35,076 nucleotides of DNA from a bacterium (GTDB lineage: Bacteria > Sysuimicrobiota > Sysuimicrobiia > Sysuimicrobiales > Humicultoraceae): NCBI GenBank assembly GCA_041497675.1, contig JBGQGY010000026.1, positions 1 through 35,076 of the forward strand, given 5' to 3'. Every line of letters begins with the position of its first letter. Positions within the stretch are counted from its first letter, which is position 1. Made by a program: the position numbers and the translations under genes. This document shows, piece after piece, positions 23,300-33,353 of this stretch. The notes under the pieces were generated by a model. That model was given only the letters and a program-made list of their open reading frames with translations, was not told the DNA's origin and did no database searches.

Positions 23300-26193
23300 G
23301 ATCCACCTCCCGCGACTGGTGCCAGGGCTACGCTTTCCGCGCCGGACGCCGGCTCGCGCTGCAGCGACGGGATGAACCGCTTGAGCAGCAGCGTGTTCAG
23401 TGTGACCGTCAGTGAACTGATGGCCATGAGGAAGGCCGCCAGCTCCGGGGACACGAGTTGACGCGTCCACGGGTAGAGCAGGCCGGCCGCCAGGGGAATC
23501 GTCACCGCGTTGTAGACGAACGCCCAGAAGAGGTTCTGTTTCACTTTCCGCATGGTGGCGCGGGCGACTTCGATCGTCGTGACGACGTCGCGGAGATCAT
23601 CCTTGACCAGTACGACGTGTCCGGTCTCCTTGGCGATGTCGGTGCCCGACCCGATTGCCATCCCCACGTCGGCCTGCGCCAGGGCCGGTGCGTCGTTGAT
23701 CCCGTCGCCGACCATGGCGACGCGGCGGCCCGCCGCCTGCAGGGCCCGGACCTCCACGGCCTTGTCCTGCGGCAGGACCTCGGCCAAGACCCGGTCGATG
23801 CCCAGCTGCCGAGCGATCGCCTCGGCCGTGCGACGGTTGTCGCCTGTGAGCATCGCGACTTCCAATCCGAGGTCATGCAGCAGGCGGATGGCGTCGGCCG
23901 AATGGGCCTTCAGTGTGTCTGCGACCGCGATCAGTCCGGCGAGGCGGCCGTCGGCCGCGAGGAACATTACAGTCTTCCCTTCGTATTCGAGACGCTCCGC
24001 ATCCGTCGAGACGGCGTCTACCGCGACCCCGCCGTCCAGCATCAATTTGCGGTTGCCGAGCACGATCGCATGCCCCGCGGCGTGGGCGGTGACGCCGTGA
24101 CCCGGAACGGCCTCGAACCTCTCTGGAGAGGCCACAGAGATGCCGCGGTCGCGGGCGCCGCGAACGATGGCCTCGCCCAGTGGGTGCTCCGAGTTCACCT
24201 CGGCCGCCGCGGCCAGCCCCAGCACCTCGGCCGCCGCGACACCCTGGACCGGCACGATGTCGGTGACCGCGGGTTCCCCGCGCGTCAGCGTACCCGTCTT
24301 ATCGAAGATAATTGCCGTCAGTTTGCTTGCGGCCTCGACCGCGTCCGCGCCCTTAAACAGGATGCCGTGCTCGGCCGCCTTGCCCGTGCCGGCCATCATG
24401 GCGCTCGGCGTGGCCATGCCCACGGCGCAGGGGCACGAGATGACCAGCACCGCCACCGAGACCAGCAGCGCGAAGCCGAAGACGCCGACGCCGGCCAGCG
24501 TGTACGGCGTCAGCATCAGGCGCGTCGCCGGACTGAAGAAGAGCCCGTAGCCCACGAAGAACCAGAACAGGAAAACTGTCAGGGAGAGCACATGGACCCA
24601 GAAGATGAACTTTCCGGCGACCAGGTCGGCGAGCTTCTGAATCGGTGCCTTGCTCGCCTGGGCATTCTCAACCAGCGCGATGATTTGGGCCAGCGCGGTC
24701 TCGCGGCCGACGCGATTGGCGCGGAAGCGGAAGGCGCCGGTCTTGTTCATCGTGCCGCCGATGACCTCGTCGCCGGCCCGCTTTTCCACAGGCATCGACT
24801 CGCCGGTCAGCATCGACTGGTCAACGGCGGAATACCCTTCGAGTACCACGCCGTCCACCGGGATGCGCTCCCCGGGTCGTACGACGACGACATCGCCGAC
24901 TTCCACTTCGTCTGCGGGGATTTCCACTTCGGTCTCGCCGCGGGCGACCCGCGCGACCTTCGGCTGGAGGCTCATCAGTTTGCGGATCGCCTCAGACGCC
25001 CTGCCTCGCGTCAGGGCTTCAAGATAGCGCCCCAGGATGATGAAGGCAGTCAGCAGCGCCGCGGCCTCATAGAAAACAGCCTCGGGCCCGCCGAATCCCG
25101 CGCCCGGCCAGAAGGTGTTGATCACCGCGATCAGGTACGCGGCCCCGATGCCGGTGGCGTACAGCAGGTTCATATCGGCGACGCCGTGGCGCAGCCCGCG
25201 AAAGGAGTTCGCGAAGAACTGCCAGCCGGGGCCAAAGACGATCGGCGTCGTCAGACCGAAGAGCAGCAGCGGGTTGCCCAAGAACTTCGGGATGTACCGC
25301 GGCAGGATCCACACATCCTGGAAGGTGCCGAGCATCACAACGAGCGCGAGAGGCCAGGCGATGAGCATCCATCGGCCCTGGGTGACGATCTCACGCTGGC
25401 GGGCTTCCCGCTCCCGGTCGAGCGCGGCGGTGCCTTCGAGGCGCTCAGCGGCATCGTAGCCGAGGTCACGGATCGTACGCTTGACCTGCGCCGGTGTGAC
25501 CGTTCCTGGGTGGTACTCGACCCGGCCGGTCCCGGCGTTGAGATTCACGGCCACCGAGACGATGCCGTGTAGATTGCCGACGGCGCCCTCGATGCTGGCC
25601 ACGCACGAGGCGCACGACATCCCGGTGATCTGGAGCTGCAGCGTCTCTTTGCCAGCGGTCTCAACGAAGGTGCCGGGACCGGCCCCACCCGCGGCTGCTG
25701 GAACCATGTCCGAGTTCCCTTCTGGCGCGCACTCCATCCGCGAATGACGGCGGATCGTGCGGATCATCATGCCGATCCCCAACGCATTCGTTGCCAGCCC
25801 AAACAGGATGACCGGCACTTTGTAGGTGGTGAAAAAGACAGCCGCCCCGGACAGCCCGATGATAGGGAGCACATCGGCCAGATGGTGGAGGCAGCACGCG
25901 ACCATGGACGTCGTCGATGTGGCCGTGCCACCGGCCGCCATGGTGGCCGCCGACCGTGCGCCGTGATTCTGCCTCACCACCTGTCGCAGATGCGCAAACA
26001 GCCCGATCTGGATGCCAAATCCCGTTGCGACCGCGGCGACGAAGTACCAGTCGGTCAGCAGGAGTTCGACCACGTGCGGCCAGGAGGCCGACCCGATCCG
26101 GACGATCCCCATGTAGAGACCGACGAGCGCCAGCGCGCCGAGCGCTCCCGCCGCAACCGGTCTCCGTAAGTCAACGGTCGTCTGTCTATTCAT
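23296..26193 (-). CDS. copA: Cu(I)-translocating P1B-type ATPase with extra N-terminal membrane domain
   Basis: [38 protein letters not shown] and MAISS (P1B-1 signature); the first ~150 aa form a TM domain with MVACCLHH. Confidence 0.93.
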   Translation of the reverse strand: MNRQTTVDLRRPVAAGALGALALVGLYMGIVRIGSASWPHVVELLLTDWYFVAAVATGFGIQIGLFAHLRQVVRQNHGARSAATMAAGGTATSTTSMVACCLHHLADVLPIIGLSGAAVFFTTYKVPVILFGLATNALGIGMMIRTIRRHSRMECAPEGNSDMVPAAAGGAGPGTFVETAGKETLQLQITGMSCASCVASIEGAVGNLHGIVSVAVNLNAGTGRVEYHPGTVTPAQVKRTIRDLGYDAAERLEGTAALDREREARQREIVTQGRWMLIAWPLALVVMLGTFQDVWILPRYIPKFLGNPLLLFGLTTPIVFGPGWQFFANSFRGLRHGVADMNLLYATGIGAAYLIAVINTFWPGAGFGGPEAVFYEAAALLTAFIILGRYLEALTRGRASEAIRKLMSLQPKVARVARGETEVEIPADEVEVGDVVVVRPGERIPVDGVVLEGYSAVDQSMLTGESMPVEKRAGDEVIGGTMNKTGAFRFRANRVGRETALAQIIALVENAQASKAPIQKLADLVAGKFIFWVHVLSLTVFLFWFFVGYGLFFSPATRLMLTPYTLAGVGVFGFALLVSVAVLVISCPCAVGMATPSAMMAGTGKAAEHGILFKGADAVEAASKLTAIIFDKTGTLTRGEPAVTDIVPVQGVAAAEVLGLAAAAEVNSEHPLGEAIVRGARDRGISVASPERFEAVPGHGVTAHAAGHAIVLGNRKLMLDGGVAVDAVSTDAERLEYEGKTVMFLAADGRLAGLIAVADTLKAHSADAIRLLHDLGLEVAMLTGDNRRTAEAIARQLGIDRVLAEVLPQDKAVEVRALQAAGRRVAMVGDGINDAPALAQADVGMAIGSGTDIAKETGHVVLVKDDLRDVVTTIEVARATMRKVKQNLFWAFVYNAVTIPLAAGLLYPWTRQLVSPELAAFLMAISSLTVTLNTLLLKRFIPSLQREPASGAESVALAPVAGGGS

Positions 26194-26416
26194 CGCCGCG
26201 GCCCTGCTTCAGTCTGATACCGGGCCAGGTGCAGATCGCGTAGCAGGCCGTGACCGCCAGCGCCAGTAGGGCCACGGCCACGGTCGCGGCGACCCGCGGC
26301 CCGAGCCAGGGAAGCACGATCAAACCGACCAGCGGCAATGAGCACAGCCACAGCAGCAGACTGGTCAGCATCCAGGACGTATGATCGGTGTTTTGTCCTG
26401 TGCGCAACGAACTCAT
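26186..26416 (-). CDS. Small Cys-containing 2-TM membrane protein
   Basis: [13 protein letters not shown]...[18 protein letters not shown]; overlaps the copA start. Confidence 0.65.
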   Translation of the reverse strand: MSSLRTGQNTDHTSWMLTSLLLWLCSLPLVGLIVLPWLGPRVAATVAVALLALAVTACYAICTWPGIRLKQGRGDE

Positions 26417-26432
26417 CTCCCCTAAAATGGGC

Positions 26433-26648
26433 CTAGCAGCATCCTCGCCGGTGACTGTGCGCCGGCTTGCCCGATTCGTCGTGCGACTGCCCGGCCGCGG
26501 GATCTTTCCCTACGGTCTTTGCGTCGTCGCCGTGTGCACAGTGGCCGCCATGCTCCCCGTGCGCGCCCCCATGCAGGCGGAGCATCAGGACAAAGAAGAG
26601 CCCGTAGAGAATCCAGGAACCGTACGACTGCCAGAATTCCGCCATCAT
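26433..26648 (-). CDS. His-rich small membrane protein (DUF2933-like)
   Basis: MMAEFWQSYGSWILYGLFFVLMLRLHGGAHGEHGGHCAH...HSHRRGCC; GAGGAGG RBS. Confidence 0.72.
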   Translation of the reverse strand: MMAEFWQSYGSWILYGLFFVLMLRLHGGAHGEHGGHCAHGDDAKTVGKDPAAGQSHDESGKPAHSHRRGCC

Positions 26649-26738
26649 CGTTTCCTCCTCACCGGCGCACGGTTTTATGCGATGCCGGAGCGTCATCGTG
26701 CCGCATCCTGATAGTAGGGAGTGCCGCCGCTGAGGTGG

Positions 26739-26813
26739 TTAACCACTTATTAAGGGGAACCCCAAACGCGCTCGCTGCCCGACCCGCAGATGCGAGTCTT
26801 AACGGGCGCTTAA
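26739..26813. promoter_or_regulatory. Divergent promoter pair, each with a TTAA-N7-TTAA box
   Basis: 26739-26753 (minus, followed by TACTAT) and 26799-26813 (plus, followed by TACACT). Confidence 0.7.
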
Positions 26814-26892
26814 CCATTGCCCATCACCGGGCATCTTACACTGCGGTCAGACGAAGAAACCGGAGGTACACACAGAAGGGAGTTACGCCATC

Positions 26893-28020
26893 ATGACAGG
26901 CAAGAGTGACATCCTGATCGCAGGTGGATACGGAATGGTTGGGCGGAAGATGGCTACGAATCTCGCACAAGACTATCCTAACCACGTCGTTATCGGTGGA
27001 CGGAATGTCGAAACGGCTTCGCGGGTAGCATCCGAGCTTGGACACGGTGTGCGCGCTCGTCACATTGATGTACGGGACCGTGATTCGGTCGACGAGGCGA
27101 TGCGCGGCATCGGCACCGTTGTGAGTTGCGTTGCGCAACCGGAGACGCCTCACCTATTGCTAGCATCTGTCTCCGAGGGTTGCGGCTACACTGACATCGC
27201 TCCGATGGCTCTCAAACGCCCTGCGTATCCGGACGCACTAAAGGCCGAAGCCGTGGATAGCGGCGCGCGTATCATTCTGGGCGCAGGGTTAGTTCCCGGC
27301 ATTTCCAACGTGTTCGCCCGGATGGGGGCCGATCGCGTGGGACCCGTCGATTCAATTGAGAGCGCCTGCCTACTCTCCTTGGGAGACGAGTACGGCAGCG
27401 ACTCGAAGGGCTTCGTGGCCGAAGAAATCGTTACAGCGTTCAAGGCCACGATTAACGGTGAAAACGTGCTTGCAAGGCCATTCACCGGCCCCAAGAGGAT
27501 TGAGTTTGCGCCCCCGCTCGGCGTGCTCACGGCCTACCTATTCCCCTTTTCGGATCAGATCTACTACCCCGTGACTCTCGGTGCCCGCACGGCTGTCTCG
27601 CGACTGGCCCTCCTGCCCCAGTGGGTGCCGGGACTGTTGTCTGTACTCCTTCCCCTCACTCGGAGTGGCTTGGCGAAGCGGCGATCTGGAACGAGCGGAC
27701 GTCTTGGCGCCCTCATGGCTTGGTTGAAACGGAAGTACAACGACCTGGACTGGTGGGGTGTGCATGTCGAAGTGCGCGGCCTCGGCGGCGTGCAGAAGGC
27801 GAGCGTCCAGGGACACGGGCAGGCGAGTGGGACAGCACTCAGTGCCGCCGCCTTCGTCCGGGCGCTGGTTGAAGGTGAGGTGGATCGCCCAGGGATCTGG
27901 ACTGCGGATCAAGTCGTGCCAGTCGGCCCATTCCTCACGCGGTTAGCAGCTCACGGGTTGGTGCCGACCATTGAAGTTTCTGAGCGAGCCAATCATCTGA
28001 GCCGGCGCTATGCTGCGTGA
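26893..28020 (+). CDS. Saccharopine dehydrogenase-like NAD(P)-binding oxidoreductase
   Basis: ILIAGGYGMVG, GGRN, YTDI, GAGLVPGISN, PGIW...QVV. Confidence 0.85.
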   Translation: MTGKSDILIAGGYGMVGRKMATNLAQDYPNHVVIGGRNVETASRVASELGHGVRARHIDVRDRDSVDEAMRGIGTVVSCVAQPETPHLLLASVSEGCGYTDIAPMALKRPAYPDALKAEAVDSGARIILGAGLVPGISNVFARMGADRVGPVDSIESACLLSLGDEYGSDSKGFVAEEIVTAFKATINGENVLARPFTGPKRIEFAPPLGVLTAYLFPFSDQIYYPVTLGARTAVSRLALLPQWVPGLLSVLLPLTRSGLAKRRSGTSGRLGALMAWLKRKYNDLDWWGVHVEVRGLGGVQKASVQGHGQASGTALSAAAFVRALVEGEVDRPGIWTADQVVPVGPFLTRLAAHGLVPTIEVSERANHLSRRYAA

Positions 28021-28067
28021 TGATCGGTACCGCTCGGGATCTCATTTGCGGGGGTTGGTGAAGGCGT

Positions 28068-28604
28068 ATGCGGACAACGTGGATCTTTCTATCTCTTGTC
28101 GCCGGTGGCGTGATGATTGTCGCGGGCATCGGCCAGGCGGCTCCGGCGGCCGTGAAGATCTCGATGACTGAGTACAAGTTTCAGTCGGACCGAATTTTTG
28201 TTCGAGCTGGGCAGACGGCTGCCATTAGTCTGGTCAATGTGAGCACTAAGAAAAAGGTGCACGAGTTCATGGCCGGCCGCGAGGTCGCCGTAAGTCACAG
28301 CAGGCCAGCGGGATTCAAGCGAGACTTCTTCGATGGCCTCGCCATCAAGATCAGCAACGAGAAGGACATCTGGAAGCTGCGCCCCGGTCGGGCGAAAATC
28401 ACCGGCGGGATGGTGATGAACGACCCCGGCATGGCGATGGAGGGCCATGAAGGATTCATGATTGAGCTCCAGCCCGGCGGGACGGCGACGTTGACGTTCA
28501 CCGTCCCTGCGAATCGCGTCGGGGAGTGGGAGATCGGATGCTTCTCCGAGGCGGGCCAGCACTACACGGACGGGATGAAGGGGAAGCTCATCGTGGCGAA
28601 GTGA
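28068..28604 (+). CDS. Exported type-1 cupredoxin (CopI-like) with Met/His loop
   Basis: Signal peptide, VHEFMAG, GMVMNDPGMAMEGHEGFM, GEWEIG-C-x6-H-x4-M-KGKLIV. Confidence 0.88.
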   Translation: MRTTWIFLSLVAGGVMIVAGIGQAAPAAVKISMTEYKFQSDRIFVRAGQTAAISLVNVSTKKKVHEFMAGREVAVSHSRPAGFKRDFFDGLAIKISNEKDIWKLRPGRAKITGGMVMNDPGMAMEGHEGFMIELQPGGTATLTFTVPANRVGEWEIGCFSEAGQHYTDGMKGKLIVAK

Positions 28605-28617
28605 CGAGGGAGTCCCC

Positions 28618-29265
28618 GTGGACACTGCGGTCGCCCTGGTGGAGAGCTATCTACGGCTCAACGGCTATTTCACCGTGACCGAGTATCAGGTCCAGCATCC
28701 GGCGGCCAGGCAACCCGGCAGATTCGAGACGGCTACGGATCTGGACATTCTCGCAGTCCGCTTTCCCTGGGCCGCCGAGACCGTCCTCCGTCACCCGGAC
28801 CGCCCCGGCGAGCAGAGATGCGAGATCCTGCTGGCCGGCGATCCGGCAATCGGACCGGCGCAGGACAAGCCTGACATCGTTATTGGAGAGGTGAAAGAAG
28901 GCCTGGCCGAGTTCAACCGGAAGCTCCAGACTTCCGAGGTGCTGTATGCCGCGCTGCGACGCACCGGGTGCTGTCCAGAGGAGCACATCAAGGATGCGGC
29001 CGAGGCGCTGCTCAATGGCGGCGAGTTTGTGCAGCCGCCCGATCACGGGATCGGTTGTCGGATCCGTCTGGCGGCGTTCTGCGGCCGCATCGACGCCACC
29101 GGGCCGCCCGCTCCGCTGGCGATCACCCTCGACCACATTCTGCGCTTCATCCAGGAGCGCCTGGCCGAGTACCGACCGGTCCTCATGAGCGCCCGGTTCG
29201 GCGACCCGACGCTTAATCTGCTCAAGCTCATGGATAAAGTCCATGTGGGGGTGAGTCGGTCATGA
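28618..29265 (+). CDS. Hypothetical protein with PD-(D/E)XK nuclease-like motif
   Basis: LVESYLRLNGYF, TDLDILAVR, IVIGEVKE; GAGGGAG RBS. Confidence 0.55.
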   Translation: MDTAVALVESYLRLNGYFTVTEYQVQHPAARQPGRFETATDLDILAVRFPWAAETVLRHPDRPGEQRCEILLAGDPAIGPAQDKPDIVIGEVKEGLAEFNRKLQTSEVLYAALRRTGCCPEEHIKDAAEALLNGGEFVQPPDHGIGCRIRLAAFCGRIDATGPPAPLAITLDHILRFIQERLAEYRPVLMSARFGDPTLNLLKLMDKVHVGVSRS

Positions 29266-29402
29266 AGGATCCAGTATGCGGGATGGACGTGGACGAGAAG
29301 ACCACTTCGGGCACGTCCGTCTACAAGGGCAAAAAGTATTACTTCTGCTCTGCGGGTTGCAAGGCCGCGTTCGACAAAGAGCCTGAGAAGTACCTTAGGT
29401 AA
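29262..29402 (+). CDS. YHS-domain protein (46 aa)
   Basis: Not in the ORF track: MKDPVCGMDVDEKTTSGTSVYKGKKYYFCSAGCKAAFDKEPEKYLR; ATGA overlap with the upstream gene. Confidence 0.92.
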   Translation: MKDPVCGMDVDEKTTSGTSVYKGKKYYFCSAGCKAAFDKEPEKYLR

Positions 29403-29408
29403 ACGGCG

Positions 29409-29630
29409 CTAGGCTGTTGCCAGAATCACGAGCCCCAGCGCGACGGTTACGCCCCCAACCAGCGTCTTCGCCAGCGTCTTTTTCTTAAGACTCGCGCGCG
29501 AGCAACGCCAGCACTCCTCGACCGGCTATCGTCCCATCCTAGGCATCATTTCTTGCATCGCCGCGTACCTGGCCACGTGCCGCAGGTGATGGGTGAAGGG
29601 CGACACGAGCCCCAGTGCAGCGATCACCAC
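29409..29630 (-). pseudogene. Possible decayed fragment of an EamA/DMT-type transporter C-terminus
   Basis: Broken-frame pieces VVIAALGLVSPFT..., GVLALLARES and LKKKTLAKTLVGGVTVALGLVILATA-stop. Confidence 0.3.
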
Positions 29631-29700
29631 CCGACGTCCCCAGCGTGGAGGCAGCACTCCCAAGCGTCTCCGCCCCACAACGACGCCGTGGCGCTCGCTC

Positions 29701-30048
29701 TTAGGAGCGAGAGGGCACCCGTTGTACGTGAAGCAGCGTCCCATCCACGGCAACGATCCGCACGTGCTCCTTCACTCTGAACGGTTCGCGGCTGGCCGCC
29801 CGCCACAGCTCCCCGCGATGGCGAACCAGCCCGGTATGGCGTTCCCACTCGATCACGGTTGCCGTTTCGCCAACGAGGCTCTCAATTCCCATCCTGACCG
29901 GCGCGTTCCGGGCCCGCCTGGCCGCGATGAAGAGCGCCACGCTGGCACCAGCCACGACCGCGCTGACGAGCACCGCCACGGGGAGCGGCGCGACGAAGAA
30001 GGCCGCCAGCGCCGCAAGGACCATGATGACGTGCAGGAGGTGATCCAT
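29701..30048 (-). CDS. NfeD-like C-terminal OB-fold membrane protein
   Basis: Two TMs then G.ESLVGETATV...GLVRHRGELWRA.S...VRIVAVDG.LLHV. Confidence 0.85.
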   Translation of the reverse strand: MDHLLHVIMVLAALAAFFVAPLPVAVLVSAVVAGASVALFIAARRARNAPVRMGIESLVGETATVIEWERHTGLVRHRGELWRAASREPFRVKEHVRIVAVDGTLLHVQRVPSRS

Positions 30049-30150
30049 CCTTGCCTAGCAGCACCCTCTGCGGGCCCGGCTCATTCGAACCACGCGAACC
30101 GTGTCCCCCGTGTCCGTTGCGTGCGTCCCTGCAGCAGCACCGCGGGAAGG

Positions 30151-31164
30151 CTACTTCTGGAACGAGATGCCGTTTGGGCCCTTCTCCACCGGCACCGTGA
30201 GCACGACGGCCTGCCGGCCGACGTCGATCACAGAAACTGTGCCGGCGTAGATGTTCGTGATCCAGGCGTAGCGCCCGTCCGGGGTGATTACGACGCCGTG
30301 CGCGCCCTTCCCCACACGGATCGTCTTGACTACTCGGCGCCGCTGTGTGTCGATCACAGACACCGCATCGCCCGGGGCCTTCTCGGTCCCCTGGTTGGCA
30401 ACATAGACGTACGTGCCGTCAGGCGTGGCATAGACCTGGATGGGTCCGGGTCCTACCTTGACCTTTGCTTCCACGCTCCGGCGGGCGATGTTCACGATGG
30501 CGACCGCATTCTCATCGCGCAGGCTGACATAGAACGTCTTGCCGTCCGGCAGGAATCCCACCTGCACGGGGGCTCTGCCGACCGGGATAGCGGGCCCCAC
30601 CTGCAGCGTTTGGACGTCGATGAGACTCACTGTGTCGGACTTGACGTTGGCGACCGCAACAATCCGGCCATCAGGGCTGGCTCGCATCCCGTGCGGCCAG
30701 TTCCCCACTTTCACCGTCTTCACCACTTTCATCGTAGCGGTGTCGATGATGGAGACCGTACCCGGCTCACTGTTGCTCACGAATGCCAGCCGTCCGCTCG
30801 GAAGGACAGTCACATGGGCAGGATGTTCCCCGACCGGGATTTTGGCTGCGACGCCCCAGTCCGACGTCCGGATCACCCACGCGCTATTGGAATCCGCCTC
30901 CATCGCGGTATGGTCGGCCTTCGGCATCTCGCCCGCGTTCGTTACCCAGACGAAGCGCCCGTCCGGTGAGACCTCCAGGTTATGCGGTTCCGATCCGGTG
31001 GGGATGGTGGTGAGCACCTTGAAGGTCGACGCGTCGATGACGGAAATCGAGTTGGCGTTTTCATTGGCGACGTACAGACGGCCGGCTGTCCCCGCGGTGC
31101 TACCTGCGGTAGGCGAGAGCACCGCGATTAGTGCGACGAGCAGAACGGTCGTGAAGCGCATCAT
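30151..31164 (-). CDS. Exported YVTN/YncE-family beta-propeller protein
   Basis: Signal peptide and about seven repeats of PDG..(Y/W)V.N..S..VSVID......V..I.VG..P(H). Confidence 0.9.
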   Translation of the reverse strand: MMRFTTVLLVALIAVLSPTAGSTAGTAGRLYVANENANSISVIDASTFKVLTTIPTGSEPHNLEVSPDGRFVWVTNAGEMPKADHTAMEADSNSAWVIRTSDWGVAAKIPVGEHPAHVTVLPSGRLAFVSNSEPGTVSIIDTATMKVVKTVKVGNWPHGMRASPDGRIVAVANVKSDTVSLIDVQTLQVGPAIPVGRAPVQVGFLPDGKTFYVSLRDENAVAIVNIARRSVEAKVKVGPGPIQVYATPDGTYVYVANQGTEKAPGDAVSVIDTQRRRVVKTIRVGKGAHGVVITPDGRYAWITNIYAGTVSVIDVGRQAVVLTVPVEKGPNGISFQK

Positions 31165-31232
31165 AACCTTCCTCCTCCGATCACTGTGGCCAGCGTCTCA
31201 ATTGGACTTTATCAACGCAGGGGCGCCGTTGG

Positions 31233-31247
31233 TTAACCTGAGATTAA
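31233..31247 (-). promoter_or_regulatory. TTAA-N7-TTAA regulator box
   Basis: Minus strand TTAAtctcaggTTAAcc, with TAAAGT at offset 25; upstream of the YVTN gene. Confidence 0.65.
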
Positions 31248-31303
31248 GGACCCCGCACAAGAGACCAGAGCAGCCAGGCTCCCAGCCTGCGAATGGTCGT
31301 GGC

Positions 31304-31792
31304 TCAACGGCGCTCATCGACTTCCTCAAACTGGTAGATGCGCCACGTCCCGAGGCCCTCTTGCTGGAGCTCGAACCGGTGGGCGTGCACAAAGCTGTTG
31401 CCTTCAAGCCTGCCGGGGGTGCCGTGTCGGGCTCCCTGGCCCGCCGTTGCGGCCGCTTGCCCCGATGTGGCGGGGAGGAGCAACCGGACGATCACGTCGA
31501 CCTCGTCACCGCTGGGGACGACGCGGACGACCTCGAACGTCGCAAATGGCTCCAGCCTCGATTCCAGGAACTGCTGCATCGCGCCGAATCCCTCGCGGCC
31601 GATGCGCCCCTGCATGTGCTTTGTCATGTAGGCTTGGGCCCGTCCCCAATTGCCCGAGCGTGCCGCCAAAAGGAATTCTCGGACGACCGCCTCGGGAGGG
31701 CCGCCGGTAAATTGCCCCCAGCCGAGCCACCAGACGAGCGACGCGGTCGCGGCCACGATGAGGATCAGGAACAGGGGCCACACGTATCGCAT
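31304..31792 (-). CDS. Membrane-anchored hypothetical protein (NTF2-like/DUF4878-like)
   Basis: N-terminal TM, PEAVVREFL.A...GNW..A..YM, F.L.QE...WRIY. Confidence 0.6.
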   Translation of the reverse strand: MRYVWPLFLILIVAATASLVWWLGWGQFTGGPPEAVVREFLLAARSGNWGRAQAYMTKHMQGRIGREGFGAMQQFLESRLEPFATFEVVRVVPSGDEVDVIVRLLLPATSGQAAATAGQGARHGTPGRLEGNSFVHAHRFELQQEGLGTWRIYQFEEVDERR

Positions 31793-31891
31793 CCTTTAAC
31801 GCACCACCTTCAAGGAGTGCTGATTGCCCCAGCCCCGATGGCGACCGTCCGTCGTCGCACGCATCGTTACACCATGCGCCTCCGGTCACGA

Positions 31892-32443
31892 TCACCCACC
31901 CGCGTCGTACTGCTCGCTCTGCGCGATATACGCGGCGTCGCGGTGAGTGGCGAATCGTCTGAGGCGGCCCATCGCCTGCCGGGTCGCGCTGAGAATCACC
32001 CGGTGTCCTTCAATCCTCTGGATCCAGCTGGCAGGAATGCCGATGTCGCGGCTGAGGAGAAGTCCCTGCCGCATGATGAGATACGTCACGCGGTGCGTCT
32101 TGGGATCGACAAGCACGCAGTCAAGGGTGCCGATCCGCTCGCGCTCGCACGCGACCCACGTCTCCCATGAAAGTTGTCCGGCGCCTTCCGGCACCGTTGT
32201 CGTGCTTTCCAGTTCGGAGACCACTAGGCCCAGAAACACGTGCTCTCCCAAGGGGACAATCACTCGATCCATCGGGACGGCGACCTCGCCTTGTCCCAGG
32301 AGAGCCCGCTGGACGATGAGGTGTGTGACGATCAGTGATGGTCCGTACAGAGCGAGGCCGCGCAGCGTTCCGGCTCGACCGTCAAGGCATTGCACGTCGG
32401 AGCCCAGGTGAAAGTGCCGATCCATCCGGGTGTTTCCGGCCAT
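31892..32443 (-). CDS. Tandem PRC-barrel domain protein
   Basis: Two repeats: G..V.C.DG.AG.L...VTHLIV.R.LL...VAVP and IGTLD.VLVDP....VTYLI.RQGLL..DI.IP.SWI. Confidence 0.75.
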   Translation of the reverse strand: MAGNTRMDRHFHLGSDVQCLDGRAGTLRGLALYGPSLIVTHLIVQRALLGQGEVAVPMDRVIVPLGEHVFLGLVVSELESTTTVPEGAGQLSWETWVACERERIGTLDCVLVDPKTHRVTYLIMRQGLLLSRDIGIPASWIQRIEGHRVILSATRQAMGRLRRFATHRDAAYIAQSEQYDAGG

Positions 32444-32582
32444 GTCGGCCCTCCATCCTCCACCGGGTACCGCTCGCGCGAGGCCCAAGACGACATCACT
32501 CGCGTGCGATCCAGCGCGCGGTTCCGACGCGAACCGGCGCTGGCCCCGTGTTCATCGTAGTCGCAGAGCGGCGCGGCGGTGG

Positions 32583-32597
32583 TTAAGGAAATGTTAG
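32583..32597 (-). promoter_or_regulatory. Near-consensus TTAA-N7-TTAA box
   Basis: Minus strand CTAAcatttccTTAAcc, with TACGAT at offset 27. Confidence 0.55.
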
Positions 32598-32722
32598 GGG
32601 CAACGTGAGAACCTGCTCGTCAATTACGGTTCGACGAGGATCCCAAACGGTATATTATGGGGGGGCCGCAGCCGCAGAGCCGGTACGGGCCGGCGACGGT
32701 CATGGTGAGGGAGGCGGGAGTC

Positions 32723-33148
32723 ATGAGAATGGTCCTGGGTGCACGGATGGCCGCAGCGGTGACCGTCGGGCTTCTCCTGCTGGGGCTGACCGCGGGCAAG
32801 GCGGGATGGGCGCAGGGGACGGCACAGCAGACCGCCTATCAGAACATCACCCCCGGCCAGATGCAGGCGATGCTCCAGCGGAAAGACTTCACGATGGTCA
32901 ACGTCCACATTCCCTATGCGGGAGAAATCCAGAAGACCGATGCATTCGTGCCCTACACCGAGGTGGGCGCCAGGGCGCCGCGCCTGTTTCCCAACAGGCA
33001 GGCCAAGATCGTCGTCTACTGTCAGACGGGGCGTATGAGCGCCATCGCGGCGGAGGCTCTCGTCCGGCTGGGCTACACACGGGTGTTCAATCTCGACGGC
33101 GGTATGGTGGCCTGGCAGCGGGTCGGGTACCCGCTACGCCGGCGGTGA
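32723..33148 (+). CDS. Exported single-domain rhodanese (sulfurtransferase-like)
   Basis: Signal peptide; IVVYCQTGRMS active-site loop; LGYTRVFNLDGGMVAW. Confidence 0.88.
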   Translation: MRMVLGARMAAAVTVGLLLLGLTAGKAGWAQGTAQQTAYQNITPGQMQAMLQRKDFTMVNVHIPYAGEIQKTDAFVPYTEVGARAPRLFPNRQAKIVVYCQTGRMSAIAAEALVRLGYTRVFNLDGGMVAWQRVGYPLRRR

Positions 33149-33170
33149 CGGCATCCCGGGCGCTCACGTT

Positions 33171-33353
33171 TCACCGCGCCTTCGGCAGCGCTGTCCGCAC
33201 GTACCGGTCCGGCTCGCGTTCGAACACCGCCTGGCACTGCGGGCAACACAGATAGTGCGTTTCTCCCCTGTACTCGATGACGATATGTGCCCCGTTGCGG
33301 GTGATGCGTTTCCCGCAGACCGGATCGCGGCGCACGCCATTTCCTCGGCTCAT
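33171..33353 (-). CDS. YHS-domain protein
   Basis: RDPVCGKRI...EYRGETHYLCCPQCQAVFEREPDRYV. Confidence 0.88.
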   Translation of the reverse strand: MSRGNGVRRDPVCGKRITRNGAHIVIEYRGETHYLCCPQCQAVFEREPDRYVRTALPKAR

